Shown: one piece after another, positions 37,835 to 49,810 of the stretch
Layout of the letters: each line of letters starts with the position of its first letter
How positions within the stretch are numbered: the stretch's first letter is position 1
Assembly: GCF_006345805.1 (NCBI RefSeq)
Contig: NC_042998.1
Location: forward strand, 193,130,001-193,194,000
DNA: 64,000 bases
Direction of reading: 5' to 3'
Source: Octopus sinensis
Lineage: Eukaryota
The notes under the pieces: generated by a model
The model's input: the letters and a program-made list of their open reading frames with translations, nothing else
What the model was told of the DNA's origin: nothing
Databases searched by the model: none
Program-made: the position numbers and the translations under genes

Positions 37835-38235
37835 ATAGGCGTAGGAGTGGCTGTGTGGTAGGTTGTTTGCTTACGAGCCACATGGTTCCGGGTTCAGTCC
37901 ACTGCGTGGCACTTTGGGCAAGTGCCTTCTACTATAGTCTCGGGCCGACCAAAGCCTTGTGAATGGATTTGGTAGACGGAAACTGAAAGAATCCCGTCGT
38001 ATATATGTATATGTGTGTATATGTTTGCGTGTCTGTGTTTGTCCCCCCAACATCGCTTGACAACCGATGCTGATGTGTTTACGTCCCCGTAACTTAGCGG
38101 TTCGGTAAAAGGAATTCGATAGAATAAGTACTAGGCTTACAATGAATAAGTCCTGGGGTCGATTTGCTCGACTAAAGGCGGTGCTCCAGCATGGCTGCAG
38201 TCAAATGACTGAAACAAGTAAAAGAGTAAAAGAGT
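37835..38235 (+). mobile_element. SINE family A
   Basis: Full match. Confidence 0.92.
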
Positions 38236-38650
38236 TCTCTATCTTAGAATCATATGGAATCTGATTTTCCAAAGACCATGTACTCAATTAAAATTAGTTT
38301 AATCTTTTGGATACAAGATTGCTAGACTTTTAGACACTTTAAGCCAGTTATATCTGTAAATAGAACATAATTTTTTCTTGCAAATAATTTATCTCATAGA
38401 CCAACAATAATTTTTAATATATTGGTAAAATTTTTAATAGTCTTTTTATCCTATCATTTTTTTTTCAAATTGCAAACAAATAGATAATCAATTCCTCCAA
38501 CATAGCATTCATCACCACCCAAAATGTATAACTAAAAACTAATTGGAGCTTCTCAATCAATATGGCTCTTCAACTTGGTAAAATTTCAACATCCTATAAA
38601 ATAAGAATTTTGACCTTAATAAAACGTCATCATTTTTTACTACATTTAAA

Positions 38651-38818
38651 GCAGGAGTGGCTGTGTGGTAAGTAGCTTGCTAACCAGCCACATGGTTCCG
38701 GGTTCAGTCCCACTGCGTGGCATCTTGGGCAAGTGTCTTCTGCTATAGCCCCGGGCCGACCAATGCCTTGTGAGTGGATTTGGTAGACGGAAACTGAAAG
38801 GAGCCTGTCGTATATATG

Positions 38819-38853
<35 letters not shown>

Positions 38854-39083
38854 ATGTGTGTGTGTTTGTGTATGTGTGTTTGTCCCCCTAGCATTGCTTG
38901 ACAACCGATGCTGGTGTGTTTACGTCCCCGTCACTTAGCGGTTCGGCAAAAGAGACCGATAGAATACGTACTGGGCTTACAAAGAATAAGTCCCGGGGTC
39001 GATTTGCTCGAGTAAAGGCGGTGCTCCAGCATGGCCGCAGTCAAATGACTGAAACAAGTAAAAGAGTAAAAGAGTAAAAGAGT
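38651..39083 (+). mobile_element. SINE family A
   Basis: Full match, (AAAAGAGT)3 tail. Confidence 0.92.
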
Positions 39084-39501
39084 ATCCAATGTGTGTTCAT
39101 TTTGAATCATTTTAAAATGATTCAACTAGCAGGAGGTTGGGTATTTAAATATTCCCACCCCAGTTAATAAATTATTATTAAACAATAACTTCCATTAATT
39201 TTCATTTTGTGAGTGTGTTCTGCATTTATTTTAGACTTTCAATGTTTTTGCATGTTTTAATTTCAATTTGTTTTACTTGTGAATTCTACAAATTAACTAC
39301 TATAAATAATGTTAATATCTAATCCATATCTAATACTGGTTTGTATACACACACACATATATACGCACGCGCCGCGCGCACATTCGTACATTCAGATATG
39401 CATTACATTACATGCATTATGTTACATAAATATATACATAATACATACATACATACATACATACATACATACATACATACATACATACATACATACATAC
39501 A

Positions 39502-40970
39502 TTTGGACCTCAGAACTCTCTGCATTCAATAAAACAGTAGCCTACAATGTGTTTGCAGTGCCAGTACTCATACCAACATTTGGGTTGTTTGATTGGATGC
39601 TCGAAGAGATCAGAGCCATTGATGTGAAAACCCGAAAAATACTAACAAGCACATATAATTTCCACCTAAACAGTAATGTAGACCGCCTCAAACTAATGCG
39701 AAAACAAGGCAGCATAGGCTAACATCGATCAAAAATGTCTTTGAATGTCGTATCTTATCCTTTCGGCAACGTCCTTAAACCACCAATTGTCGAAGTGCAT
39801 CCCTTGACCAAGTTTGTATACATGAGGCTGATAACATCATAAGACTTGGAAGGCAGCTCCTTGAGCAACATTCCTTGTCAGATAACCTAGAATACATGCC
39901 CAAAGAAGTCGCACGACTCTACCGCAACGTATTATCAGATGCCTATATGAGCAGAAGACTATGCATGGATATGTTAGTAGAAAGCTCCGTGATGATTGTA
40001 ACATTGATCATCAAAGTAGTCTATCATGGACCAATAGCCGGATACTTTCCTCCCACTTTGAAGGGTATGTGTCTGCAATCCAGGAACAAGAAATATCAAC
40101 CAAATACCTGATTCACAAAAGGGATAGAGGTGCAGGAAAAGCCATAAAATGTGATAACCGATGCAGACTTTGTGGAGTTAACACCGAAGGTATCACCCAC
40201 ATCACATGCAGTTGTCCGAAAATGTCAACACGTTGTTATCTACCGATGAGACATGATGTTGTAGCTAGAACACTCTTTAATGAAATCCATCGGAAGGATA
40301 ACTCTGAGGACAAAGAAATAAGAACCCACAATATGGTAGAAGCCATGGCCACTCTTAATAAAAAGGAGTGCTGGTGGAATGTCCCAGTGAAGACCTCAGT
40401 AAAATGTAAGCATAAGAGACCTGACATAATAATTTGGGATAGAGAAGAGAAACTGTTTGCAGTTGTGGAAATCAGCTGCCCAGCGGATGTTAACATAAAG
40501 TTGAAGATCAGTGAAAAAGGGAACACCTATGCTGAACTATTGAGAAATCTGCAGTTACTCTATCCAGATTACAAGTTCAGGTTTATACCTGTAATTATTG
40601 GGGCCCTGAGATATGTAACACACTGCCTAAACACCAATCTTGAGAAATTAGGCTTCTCAAAACCAGAAAGGAGAAAGCTAATTCGAAGACTACAGATCCA
40701 ATCCATCACTGGGACTGTAAAAATCTGCAGAATTTTCCAGAAGTTTATCATTTAAACATATATATGAGCATATCTAGATATGCAACTATGTGCATGAGAA
40801 TACATACATAAAACAAAACACATAAATCTGCGCATATACATATAGACATACATACTTACAAAAATACTTTGCTGTTGATGTTGAAATTCCGATGAAGGAA
40901 ACTTGGATCTAGATTAGAAACCTGCTCTTTCTCTACTGGCAAGAAATCTTAAATAAAACTGAACAATGAC
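39502..40970 (+). mobile_element. 5'-truncated R4/Dong-type non-LTR retrotransposon (RT thumb, CCHC knuckle, REL endonuclease), flanked by (ACAT)n
   Basis: IWTSELSAFNK..FAVPVL, DVKTRKIL, CRLCGVNTEGITHITCSC, RHDVV, RPDIIIWD..VEISCP and PVIIGAL; two frameshifts before 39961-40755. Confidence 0.92.
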
Positions 40971-41088
40971 ATGCATACATACATACATACACACATACAT
41001 ACATTCACATTAGATATACTAATCTCACCTCCAAGAGATTTTTGTAATCTGAAGGTGTTACCTCTGTCATCTTATACAGCTAAATATA

Positions 41089-41315
41089 TTTTTTTACTGC
41101 CCACAAGGGGCTAAACACAGAGGGGACAAACAAGGACAGACAAACGGATTAAGTTGATTACATCGACCCCAGTGCGAAATGGTACTTTATTTATCGACCC
41201 CGAAAGGATGAAAGGCAAAGTCGACCTCGGCGGAATTTGAACTCAGAACGTAGCGGCAGACGAAATACTGCTGATCATTTCGCCCGGCGTGCTAACGTTT
41301 CTGCCAGCACGCCGC
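41089..41315 (-). mobile_element. SINE family C monomer
   Basis: 18-bp TSD CTTATACAGCTAAATATA. Confidence 0.93.
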
Positions 41316-41836
41316 CTTATACAGCTAAATATACCCAACATATTTATTAGATGAACATTTCAGTTTTATAATTATTTTAAATCTCACCATTTGAGGCCTT
41401 TTCTTTTCTATATACTCATAATACCACCTAAATTTAATTATCTAGCCACATTTTATAATATCGTTTGCTTTTTCTGAAACAGTTTTACGTATCTATAGAT
41501 ACGTCTACAAGAGATTTTGTATGTCATCTCGTGTTTATCTGAAGTGTTGCGGTTTTTTTAAACAAAACAAAATTTTTGTTCTTTATATTTCAATAACATT
41601 CCTATTCTATATATATATTAAGAATCGTCCTTGAGTGACAACTGGCAATTTTCCCATACTGTATTTATACGAAACTTTCATTATATTTCATTATATTAAA
41701 GCTTCGCTTACTATAACTTGCAAATTTAGTTGTTGTTTTTTTTACATTATAAATTCAACAAACGTATGACTGTTAATTCGATTGATCGTTCTCCACTACT
41801 AACTAACTATATATATATACATACATACATACATAC

Positions 41837-41900
<64 letters not shown>

Positions 41901-42254
41901 CAGTCATTCATTGGTGGTCAACCTGGGGCTATACAAGAAGGCACTTTCCCAACGTGTCATGCAGAGAGACTAAACTCGAAACCACGTGATTACAAAGCGA
42001 GATCTTTAACAGCCATATCTGCACCTATATATATATATCAAAAATGTAAATTACAGATAAAACCACTATTGTGCAACTCAAACAGTGATAGGCATAAACC
42101 AATACATAAATAAAAAAAATAATATATATCTATAAAACATATAACTTATAACTAGATCTCAAAAAGTATTAAATGAATGATCAATATATAATATAATATA
42201 ATAAATATAACACTACGTACGTTTCAGGAAACCAAAGATGCTAGCTTAGCATTA

Positions 42255-42814
42255 ATAGACCTGGACATATTATTTTTCATTTATTATGTTCGAGAAAAAA
42301 AAACGGAGAAACTGATTCATAGACATCAATTTATTGGCACATAATACAATTCTGAGTTATATCAAACTCAATATCACCTACAGCTGTTTCAATGGCCAAT
42401 TGAATCAATTTGAGTAATTAAATTTAATTAAATTGAATAAAATTTCTATATCGAATATCGTTCATTGGGTATTTCATCAGGGGAAGAATTTTATAGAAAG
42501 GAGTTGCATTCCGATGTGTGCATTTCAGCAACCAATGTATTTCAAAATACCGTTACTTATGTATATGTAAATGCAAACTTGTTTAATGCATGTGTACACA
42601 TGCGCACAAAAAAAACCCCACCATTAGTTAGCTTAAACGATATTTCAATGCGATTACTTTAAACTAGAAGCTATAGAAAAAGAAACAAAAACATTATTTC
42701 TAAATTACACTATTACTTATGATAGACCGAAATGTCATTAATGTATTTAATCACTTAAGAAATTTAATTATAAATCACCCAATTGCAATCAAAATAATAT
42801 AGTTAAAAATATAA

Positions 42815-42886
<72 letters not shown>

Positions 42887-43438
42887 GAGTGAGAGAGCAG
42901 TTCATGCCATCAAAGTGACACTGGGGTAAAATATACGAAGCCCAATATATCCATCATGACTACCCGTCTGATAAGGGTACACCAGGCACATGCATTACAA
43001 CCATATGTGCGCGACATGGTGATCTCATATCAAGATAAACAGCACATGACCTTGCAGGTGGGGCCCAGTTAGAATTTTCTTCATGTCGAGTAACCCATCC
43101 TACTCGAAAGGTCCCTAAATAAGGGTTGTTTAAGGACGTTGAACGAAACACCCATGTTTCCAGAGGTGAATTATTAAAACCCCAAAGAATCCCTCTCAAC
43201 ACATGGCTATGATGCTCCCCCACTACTTCTGCTCGTGATCAGAGATGCACATATCGTCAGCCACTAAGGACATGCTCAATTGGTTACGGTCAAACAACTG
43301 ACAAGCAAATCTGTGGTATTGAGCAGAATATTTGCTGTAGCCCATCTTTTATACCAAGACAAAACAATGTACATGATAACACTTCCAATCAGTTAAGATC
43401 AGAAGCCATGAGAGCCACTGCCTGGTACTGCATCAGGG

Positions 43439-43490
<52 letters not shown>

Positions 43491-43590
43491 GTTATTTTAT
43501 ATTTTAAAACCATAGTAATATATCTAATATTTACATTACATATTTTTGCTTGTGTGTGTTAATGGGTTGAACGCTACTAGACAATGATGA
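42255..43590 (+). repeat. Left arm of long inverted repeat (42255-42815 plus 43490-43590, split by an insertion)
   Basis: Reverse complement of 46383-47074; 42506-42591 is identical to the reverse complement of 46732-46817 over 86 bp. Confidence 0.93.
42887..43440. mobile_element. 554-bp non-coding element inserted in (ATT)n
   Basis: Flanked on both sides by long (ATT)n; absent at the equivalent site of the right arm (~46490). Confidence 0.8.
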
Positions 43591-43600
43591 CTATTATTAT

Positions 43601-44266
43601 ATGGCGCACAGCAAAGCTGGGTATAACCAGAAGTTAAAGTATTATGCTCAAAATGTCGACCACGCTGACGTTAATAACATGGAGTTTATTCACGATAGCC
43701 AAAACTGTAAAGGACATAATAGAAATAGAAATAGAAATAAGGATAGAAAAAACAATAAGAAGAAACGACCTATAGATAAAAATGATATACAGAATATGAA
43801 AACCAATTTATTGTATCGTACATCGGATAACGCGCATGAAATTACTAATAGAAATAATGGAATTGAAAGACACACTCTGTATAAGATGAAAATATTTGAA
43901 ACTTATAATTTACCTTCTGATAAGAATCATATTATTTGGATCATTATTCCATTTGCTAAGCAAACTAAAAACAATTTAGTTGGATCTTTATACAAACTGT
44001 TTTCTATACATTTCACCAAAGAAAATAGATATTATGATGTAATTAACGCCAGTTTTCTCCGTGTGGTTTTTTTTTCTGTTTCGAAGAATATGTCCCAGAT
44101 TATTACTTCCCTTTATGAGGGGAAATTATCAAATTTTTATAACAATAATTACTCGATTAAATCGAACAAAAATACTCTAGTGAAAAATGGAAAAAATAAT
44201 TTTTCTAATGTACGAGAAGAAACAACCCACTTAAAATCTCATCTTAGAATAGAAGTAAGGTTATAA
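43601..44266 (+). CDS. Orphan 221-aa intronless ORF (basic N-terminal patch; possible RRM-like fold)
   Basis: Non-repetitive 221 open codons in very AT-rich DNA; ATG lies 10 bp after the arm end; degraded frames continue to ~44660. Confidence 0.55.
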   Translation: MAHSKAGYNQKLKYYAQNVDHADVNNMEFIHDSQNCKGHNRNRNRNKDRKNNKKKRPIDKNDIQNMKTNLLYRTSDNAHEITNRNNGIERHTLYKMKIFETYNLPSDKNHIIWIIIPFAKQTKNNLVGSLYKLFSIHFTKENRYYDVINASFLRVVFFSVSKNMSQIITSLYEGKLSNFYNNNYSIKSNKNTLVKNGKNNFSNVREETTHLKSHLRIEVRL

Positions 44267-44819
44267 ATAATAATCATATTAAATCAAATCATGTAAATCT
44301 TAACAGTAATATGAATAGAAATGAAAATATATATTGTGGTTGCAAAGATAGAAGTAACTGTTTGTTTAATAATAATAGTAAAAAAAAACGTAGTGTATAG
44401 ATGTAAAGTGAATTCTGAAGGTATGAATGTTTTTTTACATCAGTGCTACGCAAAACTATATAAAAAAACGCATCGCTAATCACAATTATACATTTCATAA
44501 TAAAAATAAGAGTTGTTATAGCAGTCTAAGAAAATTTATTAAGGGATTAAAGGATAAGAATAAAATGTTTACTGAGGAGTAGGAGCTAACAAGCAGAGCT
44601 AGTGCTTATAAAATTGGTAATGCCTCTTGTTTTTTTTGCATAGAAGAATTATACTAAATATTAAAATTCAAACGTAGACTCCTTAATATAAGGAGAGAGG
44701 TGGTGGGGATATCCTGTGTTCACGCTTATAAACATGTTTTTAAAAAGTACCATTAAATACAATGTGAAAGTTACCAGGACTATAAATGTTGGCAGTATCT
44801 CAGGACTAATATACTAACA

Positions 44820-45298
44820 ACTAGCAGTACTGCCCGGTATTGCCCAGGATTCAGTTAGGATTATTAGCTAATCAAGCGCGTTGTTTCAAACCAAACTAAG
44901 TAACACGAACGTGAAATTTGAGCGAAATCAATTGAAATTGGTAAACTTTTGGTTGAAAATGTGTTGCAGACAATTTGATTGGGAAGCCCTATAAGGAATC
45001 GGTTAATCGATTTTTCCACTTATAGATGTTTTTCGGATAAGTTAAAGCATTCAAAGATCCCATGAGTCTTAAGTAACGCCGGCATTAAGTTTGGACAAAA
45101 TACGTCAAAATTGGTAAAAGTTATGGTTGAAAATGGGGTGAAGCTAATTTTAGTGGGAAATCCTATAAGGAATCAGTTTATCGATTTTTCATCCTGATTG
45201 AATGGAAAACTCGATAAGGAATCTGTTTATTGATTTTCACTCCAAATGGGACTTAACCGAACACAACATTGCTGATTCTAAAGATCTATATTTATACT
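44820..45298 (+). mobile_element. Helitron/HINE-like non-autonomous element with internal ~175-bp repeat
   Basis: ACTAGCAGTACTGCCCGGTATTGCCCAGG resembles the 21124 start; AAATTGGTAAA..GGTTGAAAATG..CCTATAAGGAATC occurs twice. Confidence 0.55.
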
Positions 45299-45714
45299 TT
45301 AAAGTTGAATTTTCATACCCAACCCAGTCCTACAGAATCAGTGTCGTGACGGGGACGCATGGGTTGGAAGTTTGACCGGCAGAGGTGACGAGGTTGCACA
45401 TACCGACCCTTTCGAAAGCACCACCCCATCATCTAACCCATCTTGCCCTTCCGGCAAGGAAAATAGAACGCTCAAAAGGGCTCCCGATCCTCTGCGTCAG
45501 AAGAGGCTATATTCGGATCACAACTAAGCCTTAACCTAAGCCTAAGGTACCCTAGCGAAAGGGAGCTCGGGAGCCTCTAAAAGGCAGCGACTAATCCTGA
45601 TCTAGTCCTAACATCTCCTAGGGGCACAATCGGTCAAGTCTATATCGAAGATATGCATTATAGAAGGTTGCCTTGGAGATCTGCATAGGAGAAGGTTGCA
45701 TCAAGGTTTGCACG

Positions 45715-45761
<47 letters not shown>

Positions 45762-45861
45762 CGTGTGTGTGTGTGTGTGTATGTGTGTATGTATGTATGT
45801 ATGTATGTATGTATATATATATATTATATATATATATATTTCAATACATGTGTATATTTAG

Positions 45862-45950
45862 GGCTAAAACCACTAGGTGGATAACCATACGCTAGAAGAA
45901 GATCACATACGATCTAGCTACAAAGAAAGAATGTTCTCCAGAGAAACTTC
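45862..45950. repeat. Degenerate relative of the 30410-30559 hairpin element
   Basis: AACCACTAGGTGGATAACCATACGCTAGAAGAAGATC resembles AACCACTGTGTGGACACCCTTATGCTAGAAGTAGATC. Confidence 0.6.
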
Positions 45951-45998
45951 AGCGAACACCAGAACATAGGCGGGCAAGACATGAAAATTATATAAAAA

Positions 45999-46303
45999 TC
46001 AAGAATTAATCGTATACCGGTTTTGTCTATTACCGAATAAATTTCTTACGTAATCCTTCGGCCGCAGACTCGTCAGTACGATCGTTCCAAATTCAATATA
46101 ATTTGAAAAACTAATACCAATTACATAGGCGTTATTTTCATATGTCTAAGTTCTGGCGCGCTAAATTCCGGAAACAGTTCTGTAGCAGATAATTTACTGC
46201 AGTTTATTAATTCAATAATGGTTTTAATTTTTATTAATTTAACTAATTTTGATTTGTTAACGTTAGGGCTTTCTTCAACTAAGCTCGTGTATATCTGTTC
46301 ACA
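45999..46303 (-). pseudogene. Frameshifted coding relic, apparent paralogue of the 221-aa ORF
   Basis: 60-codon frame (46303-46121) plus overlapping 48-codon frame ending at 45999; restoring one base gives ELFPEFSAPELRHYENNAY..IVLTSL vs KLFSIHFTKENRYYDVINAS..IITSL. Confidence 0.45.
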
Positions 46304-46382
46304 CTATTATGTAAATAAATGTATTATGCACAAATATTGATGACGTAATATTCAGCAATGATAATTAGCAATTAGTTTTCAT

Positions 46383-47074
46383 TCATCATCGTCTAGTCGC
46401 TTTCAACATATTAACACACACAAGCACAAATATGTAATGTAAATATCACATATACTTAACTATGGTTTTAAAATTAAAATTTATAATATTAATAATAATA
46501 ATTTATATTTTTAACTGTAATTTCTAGTTGCAATTGGGTGACTTATAATTAAATTTCTTAAGTGATTAAATACGTTAATGACATTTCGATCTATCATAAG
46601 TAATAATGTAATTTAGGAATAATATTTTTTTATTTCTTTTTCTCTAGTTTCTAGTTTAAAGTAATTGTATCGAAATATCGTTTAAGCTAACTAAAGAATA
46701 TTTAGGAGTGGGGTTGTGTGCACGTGTACAAATGCATTAAACAAGTTTGCATTTACATATACATAAGTAACGGTATTTTGAAATACATTGGTTGCTGAAA
46801 TGCACACATCGGAATGCATCCCCTTTCTATTAAATTCTTCCCCTGAAGAAATACCCAATGAACGATATTCGATATGGAAATTTTATTCAATTTAATTTAA
46901 TTTAATTTCTGAAATTGATTCAATTGGCCATGGAAACAGCTGTAGGTGATATTGAGTTTGATATAACTCAGAATTGTATTATGTTCCAATAAATTGATGT
47001 CTATATATCGTTTTCGCGTTTTTTCCTTTTTCTCTTACATAAAAAATAATAAATAATAATATACCCAAGTTTAT
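46383..47074 (-). repeat. Right arm of long inverted repeat (uninterrupted)
   Basis: Reverse complement of the left arm; see 42255-43590. Confidence 0.93.
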
Positions 47075-48311
47075 CAACGATCTCTCCCACATTTATTCTC
47101 TACCCTTTATGTTAGAAGTCCCTCTATTTATAAGTTATTTACCCTTCTATTACAATGGACTATTCCCTTCAGAAATTGACACGTTCTACCTCTACACTGA
47201 AAATATATTTGTCATTCTTTGATTCTAAAGACGTTTATTTGTGAAATGATTCTCCATACAGCATATTCTTGCCTACCTCCACCTCTTCTGGATTCTGAAC
47301 ATCATCAACCCGTTTCTCGGTAGGCTACATCCGACATTCTGTTTCACACCCTTACCTCTCCCTAGGACAACTTTAGATGAGTCCACTCAGTGGCAATTAT
47401 TTGAGTCAGGTTTGAGGATAATTTCCTACTTCTCTCAAACTTTAATGGTACAAAGTGACTAGTTGAAAAAAATAGCACTTGAGATACATTTTCAACGTTT
47501 TAAACCTTTTTCTTTAAATTAAATTCCGAAATAATTTCAGGTGGTATTTCAATATTATCGATGGGAATTTAAAATGTAGGCCTCAGTCAATTAACCAAAA
47601 CTAGGTGTCATCTAGATGGAGGAGTGCAACGTTGATTAATTATATAATGAATTCTAAGTTGGCATCATTGTGATAAGGTTCATAATGAAAGAACAAGCAA
47701 AATTTTAGAAATATTTAACAAAGATGTTACAATGACCTACAGAAAGCATGAAATATATAAAGAACAATCCAACTTAATAACAAAGTCGTCTATATTTAAA
47801 TTGTATATGGAGTTGATAATAAAGCCATGTTCATTCAATTCAAAAGAGAAATTATTGATCACTCTTATGCAAACATCTTGGTAGGCTATTATATTTTGCA
47901 TTCATAATGACAACAATAAATAATACATATTTTATATCTACTAACAGCCAGTGTTACCAGAAAGCAAAATGTTTTTGTTGAACATAGCATTGATATAGTC
48001 TATATTAAATTTCACTCTAACAATTTCTTAAAGCTTTTGTTGCAAATTCTGTCGCGGACAAATGTTTAAATTGACGCCTAAATCTCTGAATGAAATCGGA
48101 ATTGGGAAATAATACTATTTTATTGATTGTTACTTGCTCTAAAGACAATAATTTCTAGTCATTGAGAAACATTGACAGTATACTAGACCGTTAGATATGT
48201 TTCTTTGTTTCTTTATTGTGTCTAATTGTCGTTATTACAAACCGGTTCGCTCCTAGCTCTAAGCAGGTTTTGGGTATGTCTATCGCTTAAAATCAAATCT
48301 AAACTTTTCAG

Positions 48312-48396
48312 TTCATGCCGCCAATTGGGATACATTTTTCAATGGCTTCGTTAAACAATTCAATATGAAGCAGTGTTATTTTCTCGCACGTCCTAA
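48312..48396 (+). CDS. Candidate isolated coding exon (HAANWDTFFNGFVKQFNMKQCYFLARP)
   Basis: CTTTTCAG acceptor and AA/GTAAGT donor bracket an 85-nt open frame; the antisense frame LFNEAIEKCIP also looks LINE-like. Confidence 0.4.
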
Positions 48397-48430
48397 GTAA
48401 GTTTAATTGCTTCCTTCATACATAATATTC

Positions 48431-48466
<36 letters not shown>

Positions 48467-48605
48467 TGTATATCTCTTTAAAACATTCATAGGTGATATC
48501 AATAACGTTAGTAAGTATTATCAAAAATATTCAGGTTGATATAACAACGAAGCATACATAAAAGCAATGGGTGTGGGGTCACGTTTAAGAGAGATTCTCG
48601 TTTAT

Positions 48606-48796
48606 TCTCGTTTACTTGTTTCAGTCATTTGACTGCGGCCATGCTGGAGCACCGCCTTTAGCAAATCGACCCCGGGACTTATTCTTTGTAAGCCCAGTAC
48701 TTATTCTATCGGTCTCTTTTGCCGAACCGCTAAGTGACGGGGACGTAAACACACCAGCATCGGTTGTCAAGCAATGCTAGAGGGACAGACACATAC

Positions 48797-48827
<31 letters not shown>

Positions 48828-48993
48828 CGACAGGCTTCTTTCAGTTTCCGTCTACCAAATCCACTCACAAGGCATTGGTCGGCCCGAGGCTATAGCAGAA
48901 GGCACTTGCCCAAGATGCCACGCAGTGGGACTGAACCCGGAACTATGTAGTTCGTTAGCAAGCTACTTACCACACAGCCACTCCTGCGCCTAT
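48606..48993 (-). mobile_element. SINE family A
   Basis: Full match. Confidence 0.92.
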
Positions 48994-49517
48994 GTCCATT
49001 CCTCTTAGAAAATAAGTGATTAATCCAGGTTAGAGAATTAATAAGTACTTTTCCTTTAAATTTATACACAAAAGACGCAAAGTCGTATCACTATGAAATG
49101 AGTAAATAAAAATGGAGAAATATGTTAATATCTATCTAATAAATCAAGGATGTAAAAGGATTTAAGCTTTATGCAAGTATCCTAAAAATAATCTTACCAA
49201 AAACTTATCTGTCCTGAAATATCTATGTTACATACCAAATGATCTCAATCAAACATTTTAAGAGCAATTAAATTAGATAATTAAAAAGATATATTAACTA
49301 TTTTGGGATAGAAGAGCTTTCCAGATTTGATGAATATCATATATATATAATATGTGTATGTACACATATGTGTGTGAGTATTACTCTTTTACCGGTCTCA
49401 GCCATGCAGGTGTGGTTTTTGCTGGGGCACCACTGTGGTCTTGCTGATTTCCTCAGTCTCGGGTGTTTCAAATTAACACTCCTGTATGTACCTTAGTCCC
49501 AGCTTTTAAACCATTTG

Positions 49518-49564
<47 letters not shown>

Positions 49565-49810
49565 ATACGAACAGAATTCACTGTTAAAATTCACGAAATT
49601 TGAGGAGGCCATAAAACAGTGAAAATACACGCAAATATAGACGGGTGACCAAGTTGATATTTTATAGAATTAGAAGCCTCTTGTAGCCAACAGTGTTAGT
49701 GTTGCTTTTGTGGTTTTCTTGGTTTAACCACAGGTCCATCCTGATTTAGAAAACATGAAAGATGTTTCAACCGTCCCTATCCTGTTCTTTCTGTATATTA
49801 TCCAACCTAC

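Noticed and set aside
40889-40925. CCGATGAAGG..GAAACC in the Dong-type 3' UTR
   Set aside because: Core U missing and no credible stem II.
46050-46082. CTGACGAG..CCGAAG on the minus strand
   Set aside because: GAAG instead of GAAA, poor stems, and it lies within the putative coding relic.
49520-49570. Single phase flips (TT or AA) in the middle of many (TA)n tracts
   Set aside because: Common point interruptions or sequencing artefacts; cannot be judged without reads.
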